A stretch of DNA of 64,000 nt from Escherichia coli (GCF_003334785.1 NZ_QOWV01000001.1); one strand, 5' to 3'. Positions 11,022 to 23,671 are shown, numbered from the stretch's first letter. The notes: generated by a model not told the origin, from the letters alone. Translations and numbers: made by a program.

Positions 11022-13466
11022 ATGAAAACGAAAATCCCTGATGCGGTATTGGCTGCTGAGGTGAGTCGCCGTGGTTTGGTAAAAACGACAGCGATCGGCG
11101 GCCTGGCAATGGCCAGCAGCGCATTAACATTACCTTTTAGTCGGATTGCGCACGCTGTCGATAGCGCCATTCCAACAAAATCAGACGAAAAGGTTATCTG
11201 GAGCGCCTGTACAGTTAACTGTGGTAGTCGCTGCCCGCTACGTATGCACGTCGTGGACGGTGAAATCAAATATGTCGAAACGGACAATACCGGCGATGAC
11301 AATTACGACGGCCTGCACCAGGTTCGCGCCTGCCTGCGTGGGCGTTCCATGCGTCGCCGTGTCTACAATCCGGACCGCCTGAAATATCCGATGAAACGAG
11401 TCGGGGCGCGCGGTGAAGGCAAATTCGAGCGCATTAGCTGGGAAGAAGCCTACGACATCATCGCGACCAATATGCAGCGCCTGATCAAAGAGTACGGCAA
11501 CGAGTCTATCTATCTGAACTATGGCACCGGTACGCTGGGCGGCACCATGACCCGCTCCTGGCCGCCGGGAAATACCCTGGTCGCGCGGCTGATGAACTGC
11601 TGCGGCGGCTATCTGAACCATTACGGCGACTACTCCTCCGCGCAAATTGCGGAAGGTTTGAACTATACCTACGGCGGCTGGGCAGATGGCAACAGCCCGT
11701 CGGATATCGAAAACAGTAAGCTGGTAGTGCTGTTTGGTAATAACCCTGGCGAAACGCGAATGAGTGGCGGTGGGGTGACTTACTATCTTGAACAGGCACG
11801 CCAGAAATCTAATGCCCGCATGATCATCATCGATCCGCGCTATACCGACACCGGTGCCGGGCGCGAAGATGAGTGGATCCCTATTCGTCCGGGAACAGAT
11901 GCCGCACTGGTTAACGGTCTGGCGTACGTCATGATCACTGAAAACCTGGTGGATCAGGCATTCCTCGATAAATATTGCGTTGGCTACGATGAGAAAACCC
12001 TGCCAGCCAGTGCGCCGAAAAATGGCCACTATAAAGCTTATATTCTGGGTGAAGGGCCAGATGGCGTGGCTAAAACGCCGGAATGGGCCTCGCAAATCAC
12101 TGGTGTTCCGGCAGACAAAATCATCAAATTGGCTCGTGAAATCGGTAGTACCAAACCGGCGTTTATCAGCCAGGGATGGGGCCCGCAGCGTCACGCTAAC
12201 GGTGAAATCGCAACCCGTGCTATCTCGATGCTGGCGATTCTGACCGGTAACGTTGGTATTAACGGAGGCAACAGCGGCGCGCGTGAAGGTTCATACAGCT
12301 TACCGTTTGTCCGTATGCCGACCTTGGAAAACCCGATCCAGACCAGCATTTCGATGTTTATGTGGACCGATGCCATTGAACGTGGCCCGGAAATGACGGC
12401 GCTGCGTGATGGTGTACGCGGGAAAGATAAGCTGGATGTGCCGATCAAAATGATCTGGAACTATGCCGGTAACTGCCTGATTAACCAGCATTCTGAAATC
12501 AACCGTACCCATGAAATCCTTCAGGATGATAAGAAGTGCGAGCTGATTGTGGTTATCGACTGCCACATGACCTCATCGGCGAAATATGCTGACATCCTGC
12601 TGCCTGACTGCACCGCTTCCGAACAGATGGACTTTGCGCTGGATGCATCCTGCGGGAATATGTCTTACGTGATTTTCAACGATCAGGTGATTAAACCGCG
12701 CTTTGAATGTAAGACCATCTATGAAATGACCAGCGAACTGGCAAAACGTCTTGGCGTTGAGCAACAGTTTACTGAAGGCCGTACCCAGGAAGAGTGGATG
12801 CGGCATCTGTATGCCCAGTCGCGGGAAGCGATTCCTGAACTGCCAACGTTTGAAGAGTTCCGCAAGCAGGGGATCTTTAAAAAGCGCGACCCACAAGGGC
12901 ATCACGTTGCTTATAAAGCCTTCCGTGAAGATCCGCAGGCAAACCCACTGACTACGCCATCGGGCAAAATTGAGATTTATTCGCAGGCGCTGGCTGACAT
13001 TGCCGCTACCTGGGAATTGCCTGAAGGCGATGTGATCGATCCACTGCCGATCTACACGCCGGGCTTTGAAAGTTATCAGGATCCGCTGAACAAACAGTAT
13101 CCGCTGCAGCTTACAGGTTTCCACTATAAATCTCGCGTTCACTCAACTTACGGCAACGTTGATGTGCTGAAAGCGGCTTGCCGTCAGGAAATGTGGATCA
13201 ACCCGCTTGATGCCCAAAAACGCGGTATCCACAACGGCGATAAAGTCAGGATCTTTAACGATCGTGGTGAGGTTCATATTGAGGCGAAAGTGACGCCACG
13301 AATGATGCCGGGTGTGGTCGCACTGGGTGAAGGTGCCTGGTATGACCCGGATGCAAAACGTGTCGATAAGGGTGGTTGTATTAACGTACTGACCACTCAA
13401 CGTCCGTCTCCTCTCGCTAAGGGGAATCCGTCACATACAAACCTTGTTCAGGTTGAAAAGGTGTAA
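11022..13466 (+). CDS. dmsA: DMSO reductase catalytic subunit A (molybdopterin)
   Basis: 814 aa; twin-arginine signal (SRRGLVKTTAIGGLAMASSALTLPFSRIAHA); N-terminal Cys cluster CTVNCGSRCP. Confidence 0.96.
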   Translation: MKTKIPDAVLAAEVSRRGLVKTTAIGGLAMASSALTLPFSRIAHAVDSAIPTKSDEKVIWSACTVNCGSRCPLRMHVVDGEIKYVETDNTGDDNYDGLHQVRACLRGRSMRRRVYNPDRLKYPMKRVGARGEGKFERISWEEAYDIIATNMQRLIKEYGNESIYLNYGTGTLGGTMTRSWPPGNTLVARLMNCCGGYLNHYGDYSSAQIAEGLNYTYGGWADGNSPSDIENSKLVVLFGNNPGETRMSGGGVTYYLEQARQKSNARMIIIDPRYTDTGAGREDEWIPIRPGTDAALVNGLAYVMITENLVDQAFLDKYCVGYDEKTLPASAPKNGHYKAYILGEGPDGVAKTPEWASQITGVPADKIIKLAREIGSTKPAFISQGWGPQRHANGEIATRAISMLAILTGNVGINGGNSGAREGSYSLPFVRMPTLENPIQTSISMFMWTDAIERGPEMTALRDGVRGKDKLDVPIKMIWNYAGNCLINQHSEINRTHEILQDDKKCELIVVIDCHMTSSAKYADILLPDCTASEQMDFALDASCGNMSYVIFNDQVIKPRFECKTIYEMTSELAKRLGVEQQFTEGRTQEEWMRHLYAQSREAIPELPTFEEFRKQGIFKKRDPQGHHVAYKAFREDPQANPLTTPSGKIEIYSQALADIAATWELPEGDVIDPLPIYTPGFESYQDPLNKQYPLQLTGFHYKSRVHSTYGNVDVLKAACRQEMWINPLDAQKRGIHNGDKVRIFNDRGEVHIEAKVTPRMMPGVVALGEGAWYDPDAKRVDKGGCINVLTTQRPSPLAKGNPSHTNLVQVEKV

Positions 13467-13476
13467 GGAGTAACCG

Positions 13477-14094
13477 ATGACAACCCAGTATGGATTTTTT
13501 ATTGATTCCAGCCGTTGCACCGGTTGCAAAACCTGCGAGCTGGCCTGTAAAGACTACAAAGATTTGACGCCAGAAGTCAGCTTCCGCCGCATTTATGAAT
13601 ATGCTGGCGGCGACTGGCAGGAAGATAACGGTGTCTGGCACCAGAACGTGTTTGCCTACTATCTGTCGATTTCATGTAACCACTGCGAAGATCCGGCTTG
13701 TACTAAAGTCTGCCCGAGCGGTGCGATGCATAAACGTGAAGATGGTTTTGTTGTGGTCGATGAAGATGTGTGCATTGGCTGCCGCTACTGCCATATGGCT
13801 TGCCCGTATGGCGCACCGCAATATAACGAAACGAAAGGCCATATGACCAAATGCGATGGTTGTTATGACCGTGTTGCGGAGGGTAAAAAGCCGATCTGTG
13901 TTGAATCTTGTCCGCTGCGGGCGCTGGATTTCGGCCCTATCGACGAGCTGCGTAAAAAACATGGCGATCTGGCGGCCGTTGCGCCGTTGCCGCGAGCTCA
14001 CTTTACCAAACCGAATATTGTGATCAAACCCAATGCCAATAGCCGCCCGACCGGGGATACCACTGGCTATCTGGCAAACCCGAAGGAGGTGTGA
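13477..14094 (+). CDS. dmsB: DMSO reductase iron-sulfur subunit B
   Basis: 205 aa; four ferredoxin-type Cys clusters (CTGCKTCELAC..., CNHCEDPACTKVCP, CIGCRYCHMACP, CDGC...CVESCP). Confidence 0.96.
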   Translation: MTTQYGFFIDSSRCTGCKTCELACKDYKDLTPEVSFRRIYEYAGGDWQEDNGVWHQNVFAYYLSISCNHCEDPACTKVCPSGAMHKREDGFVVVDEDVCIGCRYCHMACPYGAPQYNETKGHMTKCDGCYDRVAEGKKPICVESCPLRALDFGPIDELRKKHGDLAAVAPLPRAHFTKPNIVIKPNANSRPTGDTTGYLANPKEV

Positions 14095-14095
14095 G

Positions 14096-14959
14096 ATGGG
14101 AAGTGGATGGCATGAATGGCCGCTGATGATCTTCACGGTCTTCGGGCAATGTGTAGCAGGTGGTTTTATCGTTCTGGCTTTGGCGCTGCTCAAAGGCGAC
14201 CTGCGAGCAGAAGCCCAGCAGCGTGTTATCGCCTGCATGTTTGGTTTATGGGTGCTGATGGGCATTGGCTTTATCGCCTCTATGCTCCATCTTGGTTCAC
14301 CAATGCGCGCTTTTAACTCGCTCAACCGGGTAGGGGCTTCAGCACTCAGTAACGAAATCGCCAGCGGTTCGATCTTTTTTGCCGTAGGCGGCATCGGCTG
14401 GTTGCTGGCAATGCTGAAAAAGCTGTCACCGGCATTGCGTACGCTGTGGCTGATAGTGACGATGGTTCTTGGCGTCATCTTTGTCTGGATGATGGTGCGT
14501 GTGTATAACAGCATTGATACCGTTCCGACCTGGTACAGCATCTGGACGCCGATGGGCTTCTTCCTGACGATGTTTATGGGCGGCCCGTTACTGGGTTACC
14601 TGTTGTTGAGTCTGGCTGGCGTCGATGGCTGGGCGATGCGTCTGCTGCCAGCAATTTCTGTACTGGCACTGGTAGTGAGTGGCGTGGTGTCAGTGATGCA
14701 GGGCGCAGAGCTGGCGACTATTCATAGTTCTGTGCAGCAGGCCGCAGCGCTGGTGCCGGACTATGGTGCGCTGATGTCCTGGCGGATCGTGCTTTTGGCC
14801 GTTGCCCTGTGCTTGTGGATTGCACCACAGCTAAAAGGTTATCAGCCTGCGGTTCCGCTACTTTCTGTATCATTCATTCTGCTTCTGGCAGGGGAATTAA
14901 TCGGTCGCGGCGTATTCTATGGTTTGCATATGACCGTGGGGATGGCCGTCGCAAGCTAA
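14096..14959 (+). CDS. dmsC: DMSO reductase membrane anchor subunit C
   Basis: 287 aa from ATG 14096 (MGSGWHEWPLMIFTVFGQCVAGGFIVLALA...); track ORF 14033 start is a 21-codon extension overlapping dmsB. Polytopic hydrophobic protein. Confidence 0.94.
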   Translation: MGSGWHEWPLMIFTVFGQCVAGGFIVLALALLKGDLRAEAQQRVIACMFGLWVLMGIGFIASMLHLGSPMRAFNSLNRVGASALSNEIASGSIFFAVGGIGWLLAMLKKLSPALRTLWLIVTMVLGVIFVWMMVRVYNSIDTVPTWYSIWTPMGFFLTMFMGGPLLGYLLLSLAGVDGWAMRLLPAISVLALVVSGVVSVMQGAELATIHSSVQQAAALVPDYGALMSWRIVLLAVALCLWIAPQLKGYQPAVPLLSVSFILLLAGELIGRGVFYGLHMTVGMAVAS

Positions 14960-14966
14960 TCATAAC

Positions 14967-15000
14967 AACCGGGGTTTCGGCCCCGGTTCTCTTTTATTTC
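14967..15000 (+). terminator. Intrinsic terminator of dmsABC
   Basis: aaccgggg-tttcgg-ccccggtt hairpin followed by tctcttttatttc. The T-tract overlaps the last codons of convergent ycaC. Confidence 0.8.
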
Positions 15001-15620
15001 TGCTTCGTTAACGTGTCATAACTGGTCATCAAATTACGATAATCAGGAATGTGGTTAGAGAACAACGTCGCCAGTCCTTCAATATCATTACGCCAGTCGC
15101 GATGCAGCTCGCACGCCACGCCGAACCATGTCATCAATTGCGCACCAGCTTGCGACAAGCGATCCCATGCCGAATGCCGGGTAATTTCATTAAAGGTCCC
15201 TGACGCGTCAGTCACGACAAAGACGTCAAACCCTTCTTCAATGGCTGAAAGCGCCGGGAATGCCACGCAAACTTCGGTTACCACACCGGCAATAATTAAC
15301 TGTTTTTTACCTGTCGCTTTGACAGCTTTTACAAAATCTTCGTTATCCCAGGCGTTAATATTTCCCGGGCGAGCAATGTAAGGTGTATCGGGGAATTGTG
15401 CTTTCAGTTCTGGAACTAATGGGCCGTTAGGACCGGTTTCAAAACTGGTGGTAAGAATAGTTGGTAAGTTGAAATACTTAGCCAGGTCACCCAGCGCCAG
15501 CACGTTATTTTTAAACTTATCGGGTTCGATATCCCGTACAAGGGAAAGTAAACCAGCCTGGTGATCAACAAGCAAAACGGCAGCATCATTTTTATCAAGA
15601 CGAACATACGGTTTGGTCAT
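14994..15620 (-). CDS. ycaC: Isochorismatase-family cysteine hydrolase YcaC
   Basis: 208 aa MTKPYVRLDKNDAAVLLVDHQAGLL...; isochorismatase-like fold signature with catalytic Cys in VTEVCVAFPAL. Confidence 0.92.
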   Translation of the reverse strand: MTKPYVRLDKNDAAVLLVDHQAGLLSLVRDIEPDKFKNNVLALGDLAKYFNLPTILTTSFETGPNGPLVPELKAQFPDTPYIARPGNINAWDNEDFVKAVKATGKKQLIIAGVVTEVCVAFPALSAIEEGFDVFVVTDASGTFNEITRHSAWDRLSQAGAQLMTWFGVACELHRDWRNDIEGLATLFSNHIPDYRNLMTSYDTLTKQK

Positions 15621-15933
15621 CCTCTTCTCCTTTCGAGAGTCAGTGGTACGTCTGAAATCGATCAGACGCGATGCATTGCTCTGAAAGCATAGACGGGAAA
15701 TATGAGTTTGCTGTGACCATGAAATTTTTCGACTGAACGAAGCGTATGAAATTTGTGTTAGTTCAATAAAAACAATCAGATGAGACTAATCATCTCTTCA
15801 GCATTAGCGTTATGAATGAGTAATATAAATCGATAATACCGCCGCTGGGATATCGCGTATTTTCACCCATTGACAATGTTTTTGGCGGTGGCATGATGCG
15901 CATGAAATTTGAACTTCCTCACGGTTTTAATTC

Positions 15934-17082
15934 ATGTCCACGTATACCCAGCCTGTCATGCTTTTGCTGTCTGGCCTGCTTTTGTTGACTCTGGCGATTG
16001 CGGTGTTAAATACACTCGTGCCGCTTTGGCTCGCCCAGGAACACATGTCCACATGGCAGGTAGGCGTTGTCAGCTCATCCTATTTTACCGGCAACCTTGT
16101 CGGTACATTGCTGACAGGGTATGTCATTAAGCGCATTGGCTTTAACCGCAGCTATTATCTGGCCTCCTTCATTTTTGCCGCTGGCTGTGCCGGCCTTGGC
16201 CTGATGATTGGATTCTGGAGCTGGTTGGCTTGGCGTTTTGTCGCGGGCGTCGGCTGTGCCATGATTTGGGTGGTTGTTGAGAGCGCGCTGATGTGCAGTG
16301 GGACGTCACGTAACCGTGGGCGTTTGCTTGCTGCGTATATGATGGTTTATTACGTGGGAACGTTTTTAGGCCAGTTACTGGTCAGCAAAGTTTCAACCGA
16401 GCTGATGTCCGTATTGCCGTGGGTTACAGGTTTGACGTTGGCAGGGATCTTACCGCTGTTGTTTACGCGTGTGCTGAATCAGCAGGCTGAAAACCATGAT
16501 TCGACGTCAATTACGTCAATGCTAAAACTCCGTCAGGCGCGGCTTGGCGTGAATGGCTGCATTATCTCAGGAATCGTTCTGGGATCTCTATATGGCCTGA
16601 TGCCGCTGTACCTCAATCACAAAGGGGTGAGCAATGCCAGCATTGGTTTCTGGATGGCGGTACTGGTCAGTGCGGGTATCCTTGGACAATGGCCGATTGG
16701 ACGTCTGGCGGATAAGTTTGGTCGACTGCTGGTGTTGCGTGTTCAGGTCTTTGTCGTCATTCTCGGCAGTATCGCGATGCTTAGCCAGGCGGCGATGGCC
16801 CCAGCGTTATTCATCCTCGGTGCCGCTGGCTTTACGCTATATCCGGTGGCGATGGCATGGGCTTGCGAGAAAGTTGAACATCATCAACTGGTGGCGATGA
16901 ACCAGGCCTTACTGTTGAGCTATACTGTGGGAAGTCTGCTTGGCCCGTCATTTACCGCTATGCTAATGCAGAATTTCTCCGATAATTTATTGTTTATCAT
17001 GATCGCCAGCGTATCGTTTATCTATTTGCTGATGCTGCTGCGCAACGCCGGTCATACGCCGAAACCCGTTGCTCACGTGTAA
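15934..17082 (+). CDS. ycaD: MFS transporter YcaD
   Basis: 382 aa, about 12 predicted hydrophobic segments, typical MFS organisation. Confidence 0.92.
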   Translation: MSTYTQPVMLLLSGLLLLTLAIAVLNTLVPLWLAQEHMSTWQVGVVSSSYFTGNLVGTLLTGYVIKRIGFNRSYYLASFIFAAGCAGLGLMIGFWSWLAWRFVAGVGCAMIWVVVESALMCSGTSRNRGRLLAAYMMVYYVGTFLGQLLVSKVSTELMSVLPWVTGLTLAGILPLLFTRVLNQQAENHDSTSITSMLKLRQARLGVNGCIISGIVLGSLYGLMPLYLNHKGVSNASIGFWMAVLVSAGILGQWPIGRLADKFGRLLVLRVQVFVVILGSIAMLSQAAMAPALFILGAAGFTLYPVAMAWACEKVEHHQLVAMNQALLLSYTVGSLLGPSFTAMLMQNFSDNLLFIMIASVSFIYLLMLLRNAGHTPKPVAHV

Positions 17083-17091
17083 ATGAATTCA

Positions 17092-17132
17092 AGCAGAGTG
17101 TGAACTTACTGTTTCACACTCTGCTTTTTTGT
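17092..17132 (+). terminator. Intrinsic terminator of ycaD
   Basis: agcagagtgtgaa-cttactgt-ttcacactctgct (13-bp stem) followed by TTTTTTGTTTC. Lies inside the spurious N-extension of the track ORF 17100..18722. Confidence 0.85.
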
Positions 17133-17291
17133 TTCTTCTATCTGACTTGCTTTATTCCAAATTTTATTCGTTTAAAAATAAAATGTGCAGCAGGTTATAA
17201 TTTTGCATTTCGCTATTTCCGCACTTCTTATTTGCCGCGCATAATCCCTCGTTTTACAGATGCCCCTTTAATTTTGGCGAAGGATTTGTCT

Positions 17292-18722
17292 ATGGCTGGG
17301 AATGTTCAGGAAAAACAGTTGCGATGGTACAACATTGCGCTGATGTCTTTTATCACTGTCTGGGGTTTTGGCAACGTTGTTAATAACTATGCCAACCAGG
17401 GGCTGGTGGTTGTTTTTTCATGGGTGTTTATCTTTGCACTCTATTTCACACCTTATGCGCTAATTGTTGGTCAGTTAGGCTCGACCTTCAAAGATGGGAA
17501 GGGCGGGGTCAGTACCTGGATTAAACACACGATGGGACCCGGACTGGCTTATCTCGCCGCGTGGACCTACTGGGTGGTGCATATTCCCTATCTGGCACAA
17601 AAACCCCAGGCAATTCTGATTGCGCTCGGTTGGGCGATGAAAGGCGACGGTTCGCTAATCAAAGAATATTCAGTCGTAGCGTTACAGGGGTTAACGCTGG
17701 TGCTGTTTATCTTCTTTATGTGGGTTGCTTCACGCGGTATGAAATCGCTGAAAATCGTCGGTTCTGTGGCAGGGATTGCTATGTTTGTTATGTCGCTCCT
17801 GTATGTGGCGATGGCGGTAACCGCGCCTGCAATTACTGAAGTGCATATTGCGACCACAAACATTACCTGGGAAACGTTCATTCCTCATATCGACTTTACC
17901 TACATTACCACTATTTCAATGCTGGTTTTCGCGGTTGGCGGAGCAGAGAAGATTTCTCCTTACGTTAATCAAACGCGCAACCCAGGAAAAGAATTTCCAA
18001 AAGGGATGTTATGCCTGGCGGTGATGGTTGCGGTTTGTGCCATTCTGGGCTCGCTGGCGATGGGGATGATGTTTGATTCGCGTAATATCCCGGATGACTT
18101 AATGACCAACGGTCAGTATTACGCCTTTCAGAAGCTGGGCGAGTATTACAACATGGGTAATACTTTAATGGTGATTTACGCCATTGCGAATACCCTGGGA
18201 CAAGTAGCGGCGCTGGTATTCTCGATTGATGCCCCGCTTAAAGTGCTATTAGGTGATGCTGACAGCAAATATATTCCAGCCAGTTTATGTCGTACCAACG
18301 CTTCTGGTACGCCCGTTAATGGCTATTTTCTGACCCTGGTACTGGTGGCGATTCTGATTATGCTGCCGACTCTCGGCATTGGTGATATGAACAATCTCTA
18401 TAAATGGCTGTTGAACCTTAATTCGGTAGTGATGCCGCTGCGTTATTTATGGGTATTTGTTGCATTTATTGCAGTCGTTCGCTTGGCGCAGAAATATAAA
18501 CCAGAATATGTCTTTATTCGTAATAAGCCTCTGGCAATGACCGTCGGGATTTGGTGTTTTGCCTTTACCGCCTTTGCCTGTTTGACGGGGATCTTCCCGA
18601 AAATGGAAGCCTTCACTGCAGAGTGGACCTTCCAGTTGGCGCTGAATGTTGCAACGCCGTTTGTGCTGGTAGGATTAGGACTGATATTCCCGCTGCTGGC
18701 GCGTAAAGCGAATAGTAAATAA
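17292..18722 (+). CDS. ycaM: Putative amino acid/APC-family permease YcaM
   Basis: 476 aa from ATG 17292 (MAGNVQEKQLRWYNIALMSF...). The track start at 17100 would read through the ycaD terminator and an AT-rich promoter-like region. Confidence 0.9.
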   Translation: MAGNVQEKQLRWYNIALMSFITVWGFGNVVNNYANQGLVVVFSWVFIFALYFTPYALIVGQLGSTFKDGKGGVSTWIKHTMGPGLAYLAAWTYWVVHIPYLAQKPQAILIALGWAMKGDGSLIKEYSVVALQGLTLVLFIFFMWVASRGMKSLKIVGSVAGIAMFVMSLLYVAMAVTAPAITEVHIATTNITWETFIPHIDFTYITTISMLVFAVGGAEKISPYVNQTRNPGKEFPKGMLCLAVMVAVCAILGSLAMGMMFDSRNIPDDLMTNGQYYAFQKLGEYYNMGNTLMVIYAIANTLGQVAALVFSIDAPLKVLLGDADSKYIPASLCRTNASGTPVNGYFLTLVLVAILIMLPTLGIGDMNNLYKWLLNLNSVVMPLRYLWVFVAFIAVVRLAQKYKPEYVFIRNKPLAMTVGIWCFAFTAFACLTGIFPKMEAFTAEWTFQLALNVATPFVLVGLGLIFPLLARKANSK

Positions 18723-19631
18723 TTATTGTGGTCGGTGACGCTGACTCTGGCAGATCTGACCCGTTTTTACATAATCGAGAAATGCGCGCAAGCCGCAGGA
18801 CATATACTGGCGGTTTGGATAATAGATCTGGAAGCCTGGACGCTCTGTGCTCCAGTCTTCCAGTACACATTCTAAACGACCAGTATCAAGGTACTCCTTG
18901 ATCTGTTCATAGAGCAGATACCCGATACCAGCACCCATCAAAACGGCCTCCAGTTCAGCATCAACATCATCCAGAATGATATTTCCTGCGACAGCAATTT
19001 CCAGCTCCTTTGCAAATTGCCAGTGGAAAGGTTTGCCGCTGGGATAACGAAAAACAACACATTGATGATTAAGCAGATCATGAGGATGGCGGGGTTTGCC
19101 ATATCTTGCAAAGTACTCTGGCGTTGCTGCTACACATAATTTCACTGGCGGGCCGATCGCCACGCTGATCATATCTTTTTCGACGATGCAACTAAGTCGA
19201 ACGCCAGCGTCAAAGCCCTGTTGGACGATATCGACAAGAGAGTCGTCAGTTGTGAGCTCGACTTTAATATCAGGATATTCACGTGTGAAACCAACCAGTA
19301 AAGACATTAAAAATATACGTGCAGCTACCCGGGCGGCATTGATTTTGAGCGTTCCTGTCGGTGTCAGACGAAAATCATTCATCTCATCTAACATGATCTG
19401 AATTTCGTCGAAAGCTGGGCGCAATCGTTCATAGAGATTAGAACCCGCTTCCGTTAACGATACGCTTCGGGTTGTCCGATTGAATAAGCGAATTTTAAGA
19501 CGTTGTTCCAGTGTTTTAATACTATGGCTAATGGCGGACGAGGATAAGCCTAACTCATCGCCCGCTGCACGAAAGCTTTGATTACGGGCCACGGCAAAGA
19601 AAGTGGCAAAGTCAGACATATTCATCCGCAT
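18723..19631 (-). CDS. ycaN: LysR-type transcriptional regulator YcaN
   Basis: 302 aa; N-terminal HTH (FRAAGDELGLSSSAISHSIKTLEQRL) and LysR substrate-binding domain. Stop codon abuts the ycaM stop with zero spacer. Confidence 0.92.
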   Translation of the reverse strand: MRMNMSDFATFFAVARNQSFRAAGDELGLSSSAISHSIKTLEQRLKIRLFNRTTRSVSLTEAGSNLYERLRPAFDEIQIMLDEMNDFRLTPTGTLKINAARVAARIFLMSLLVGFTREYPDIKVELTTDDSLVDIVQQGFDAGVRLSCIVEKDMISVAIGPPVKLCVAATPEYFARYGKPRHPHDLLNHQCVVFRYPSGKPFHWQFAKELEIAVAGNIILDDVDAELEAVLMGAGIGYLLYEQIKEYLDTGRLECVLEDWSTERPGFQIYYPNRQYMSCGLRAFLDYVKTGQICQSQRHRPQ

Positions 19632-19654
19632 TAGTGAAAATCCTTCATTAACTC

Positions 19655-19680
19655 ATCCTGAATCATCACGTTTACAGGAT
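19655..19680. promoter_or_regulatory. Inverted repeat ATCCTG-N14-CAGGAT in ycaN/ycaK divergent promoter region (candidate LysR-type operator)
   Basis: Perfect 6-bp arms read from sequence, 24 bp upstream of the ycaN start and 51 bp upstream of the ycaK start. LysR-type regulators typically bind dyads in the divergent region. Function is inferred, not known to me. Confidence 0.35.
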
Positions 19681-19730
19681 TATGCCGCCTGCGTAAAGTG
19701 CGCTCCAGAACTTAACGTGGAGGTAAAATT

Positions 19731-20321
19731 ATGCAGTCTGAACGTATTTATTTGGTATGGGCCCATCCTCGTCATGATTCATTGACCGCACATATTGCTG
19801 ATGCGATCCATCAGCGGGCAATGGAGCGGAAAATACAGGTGACGGAACTCGATTTATATCGGCGTAATTTCAACCCAGTGATGACGCCGGAAGATGAACC
19901 AGACTGGAAGAATATGGATAAACGTTATTCTCCAGAGGTTCATCAGCTTTATTCAGAGCTGCTTGAACATGACACGTTAGTGGTGGTTTTTCCTCTCTGG
20001 TGGTACAGCTTCCCGGCAATGCTAAAAGGATATATTGACAGAGTATGGAATAATGGGCTGGCTTATGGAGATGGGCACAAATTACCATTCAATAAAGTTC
20101 GTTGGGTGGCGCTGGTTGGAGGAGACAAAGAATCATTTGTCCAGATGGGCTGGGAAAAAAATATAAGCGATTATTTAAAAAATATGTGCAGTTATCTTGG
20201 TATTGAAGATGCCGATGTCACTTTCTTGTGTAATACAGTGGTATTCGATGGGGAAGAACTTCACGCGAGCTATTATCAGTCGTTATTATCTCAGGTACGG
20301 GATATGGTAGATGCACTATAA
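19731..20321 (+). CDS. ycaK: Flavodoxin-like NAD(P)H dehydrogenase (quinone)-family protein YcaK
   Basis: 196 aa MQSERIYLVWAHPRHDSLTAHIADAI...; flavodoxin_2-like fold. Confidence 0.9.
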   Translation: MQSERIYLVWAHPRHDSLTAHIADAIHQRAMERKIQVTELDLYRRNFNPVMTPEDEPDWKNMDKRYSPEVHQLYSELLEHDTLVVVFPLWWYSFPAMLKGYIDRVWNNGLAYGDGHKLPFNKVRWVALVGGDKESFVQMGWEKNISDYLKNMCSYLGIEDADVTFLCNTVVFDGEELHASYYQSLLSQVRDMVDAL

Positions 20322-20357
20322 GATGTGTTAAAAACGCTGTAGCAGAATGAAGCGCGG

Positions 20358-20393
20358 AATAAAAAAGCGGCAACTCAATAAAGTTGCCGCTTT
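20358..20393 (-). terminator. Intrinsic terminator of pflA (structurally bidirectional, also follows ycaK)
   Basis: agcggcaac-tcaataaa-gttgccgct 9-bp stem; T-run on the minus strand (plus A-run 20360-20365), TTT on plus side. Confidence 0.75.
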
Positions 20394-20402
20394 ACGGGGA
20401 AA

Positions 20403-21143
20403 TTAGAACATTACCTTATGACCGTACTGCTCAAGAATGCCTTTCACGCGTTCCATGGTCTCTTTCTTCGGTGGTTTAACACCGTCGAGTTTGTACTCTT
20501 CACCCATTGCCACCCATTTGTGTTTGCCCAGCTCGTGGTAGGGGAGAAGCTCGATTTTCTCAACGTTGCCCATATCACGGGTAAATTCACCGAGGCGATG
20601 CGCTGAATCGTCATCGTCAGACCAGCCTGGGACAACAACGTAGCGGATCCACACCTTCACATTTTTGTTCGCCAGATATTTAGCGAACTCCAGCGTGCGG
20701 TGGTTGGAAACTCCAACCAGATTTTGGTGGATCTCGTCGTTCATCTGTTTGAGATCGAGCATTACCAGGTCGGTTACTTCCAGCAGTTCATCAATCACCG
20801 GATCGTAACGACGAACAAAACCGTTGGTGTCCAGACAGGTATGAATGCCTTCTTTTTTGCAGGCGCGGAACCAGTCACGAACAAACTCAGCTTGCAGGAT
20901 TGCTTCACCGCCGGATGCGGTAACGCCGCCGCCGGAAGCGTTCATAAAGTGGCGATAGGTCACCACTTCCTTCATCAAATCTTCAACGGTAACTTCTTTA
21001 CCGCCATGCGTGTCCCAGGTGTCGCGGTTATGACAATACAGGCAGCGCATCAGGCAGCCCTGGAAAAAGGTGATAAAGCGAATACCTGGGCCGTCTACGG
21101 TTCCACAGGATTCAAAGGAGTGAATGCGACCAATAACTGACAT
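20403..21143 (-). CDS. pflA: Pyruvate formate-lyase activating enzyme (radical SAM)
   Basis: 246 aa from ATG 21143 ([23 protein letters not shown]...); radical-SAM CxxxCxxC motif CLMRCLYC. Track ORF adds 9 upstream codons. Confidence 0.95.
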   Translation of the reverse strand: MSVIGRIHSFESCGTVDGPGIRFITFFQGCLMRCLYCHNRDTWDTHGGKEVTVEDLMKEVVTYRHFMNASGGGVTASGGEAILQAEFVRDWFRACKKEGIHTCLDTNGFVRRYDPVIDELLEVTDLVMLDLKQMNDEIHQNLVGVSNHRTLEFAKYLANKNVKVWIRYVVVPGWSDDDDSAHRLGEFTRDMGNVEKIELLPYHELGKHKWVAMGEEYKLDGVKPPKKETMERVKGILEQYGHKVMF

Positions 21144-21264
21144 TGCGGTGTTTCTCCAGATGTGGCCCATCTGAGGCCGTGTTGGTGCGCAGCTCGAAGG
21201 CTACGTCGAGTCTGTTTTGGCAGTCACCTTAAAGTATAGATAGCTGACAAAAAAGGCTCTCGCG

Positions 21265-21293
21265 CTAAAAAAGGCCCCACTTTCGTGGAGCCT
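21265..21293 (-). terminator. Intrinsic terminator of pflB
   Basis: On the minus strand GGCUCCAC-GAAA-GUGGGGCC (8 bp with one G.U) followed by UUUUUU, 42 bp after the pflB stop. Confidence 0.8.
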
Positions 21294-21334
21294 TTATTGT
21301 ACGCTTTTTACTGTACGATTTCAGTCAAATCTAA

Positions 21335-23617
<2,283 letters not shown>

Positions 23618-23671
23618 GTAACACCTACCTTCTTAAGTGGATTTTTTATTTACTGCGTACTTCGACAACCA

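Noticed and set aside
11238-14541. Long minus-strand ORFs (11238..12194, 12573..13142, 13672..14541) opposite dmsA, dmsB and dmsC
   Set aside because: Antisense to clearly coding dmsABC; no start context or motifs.
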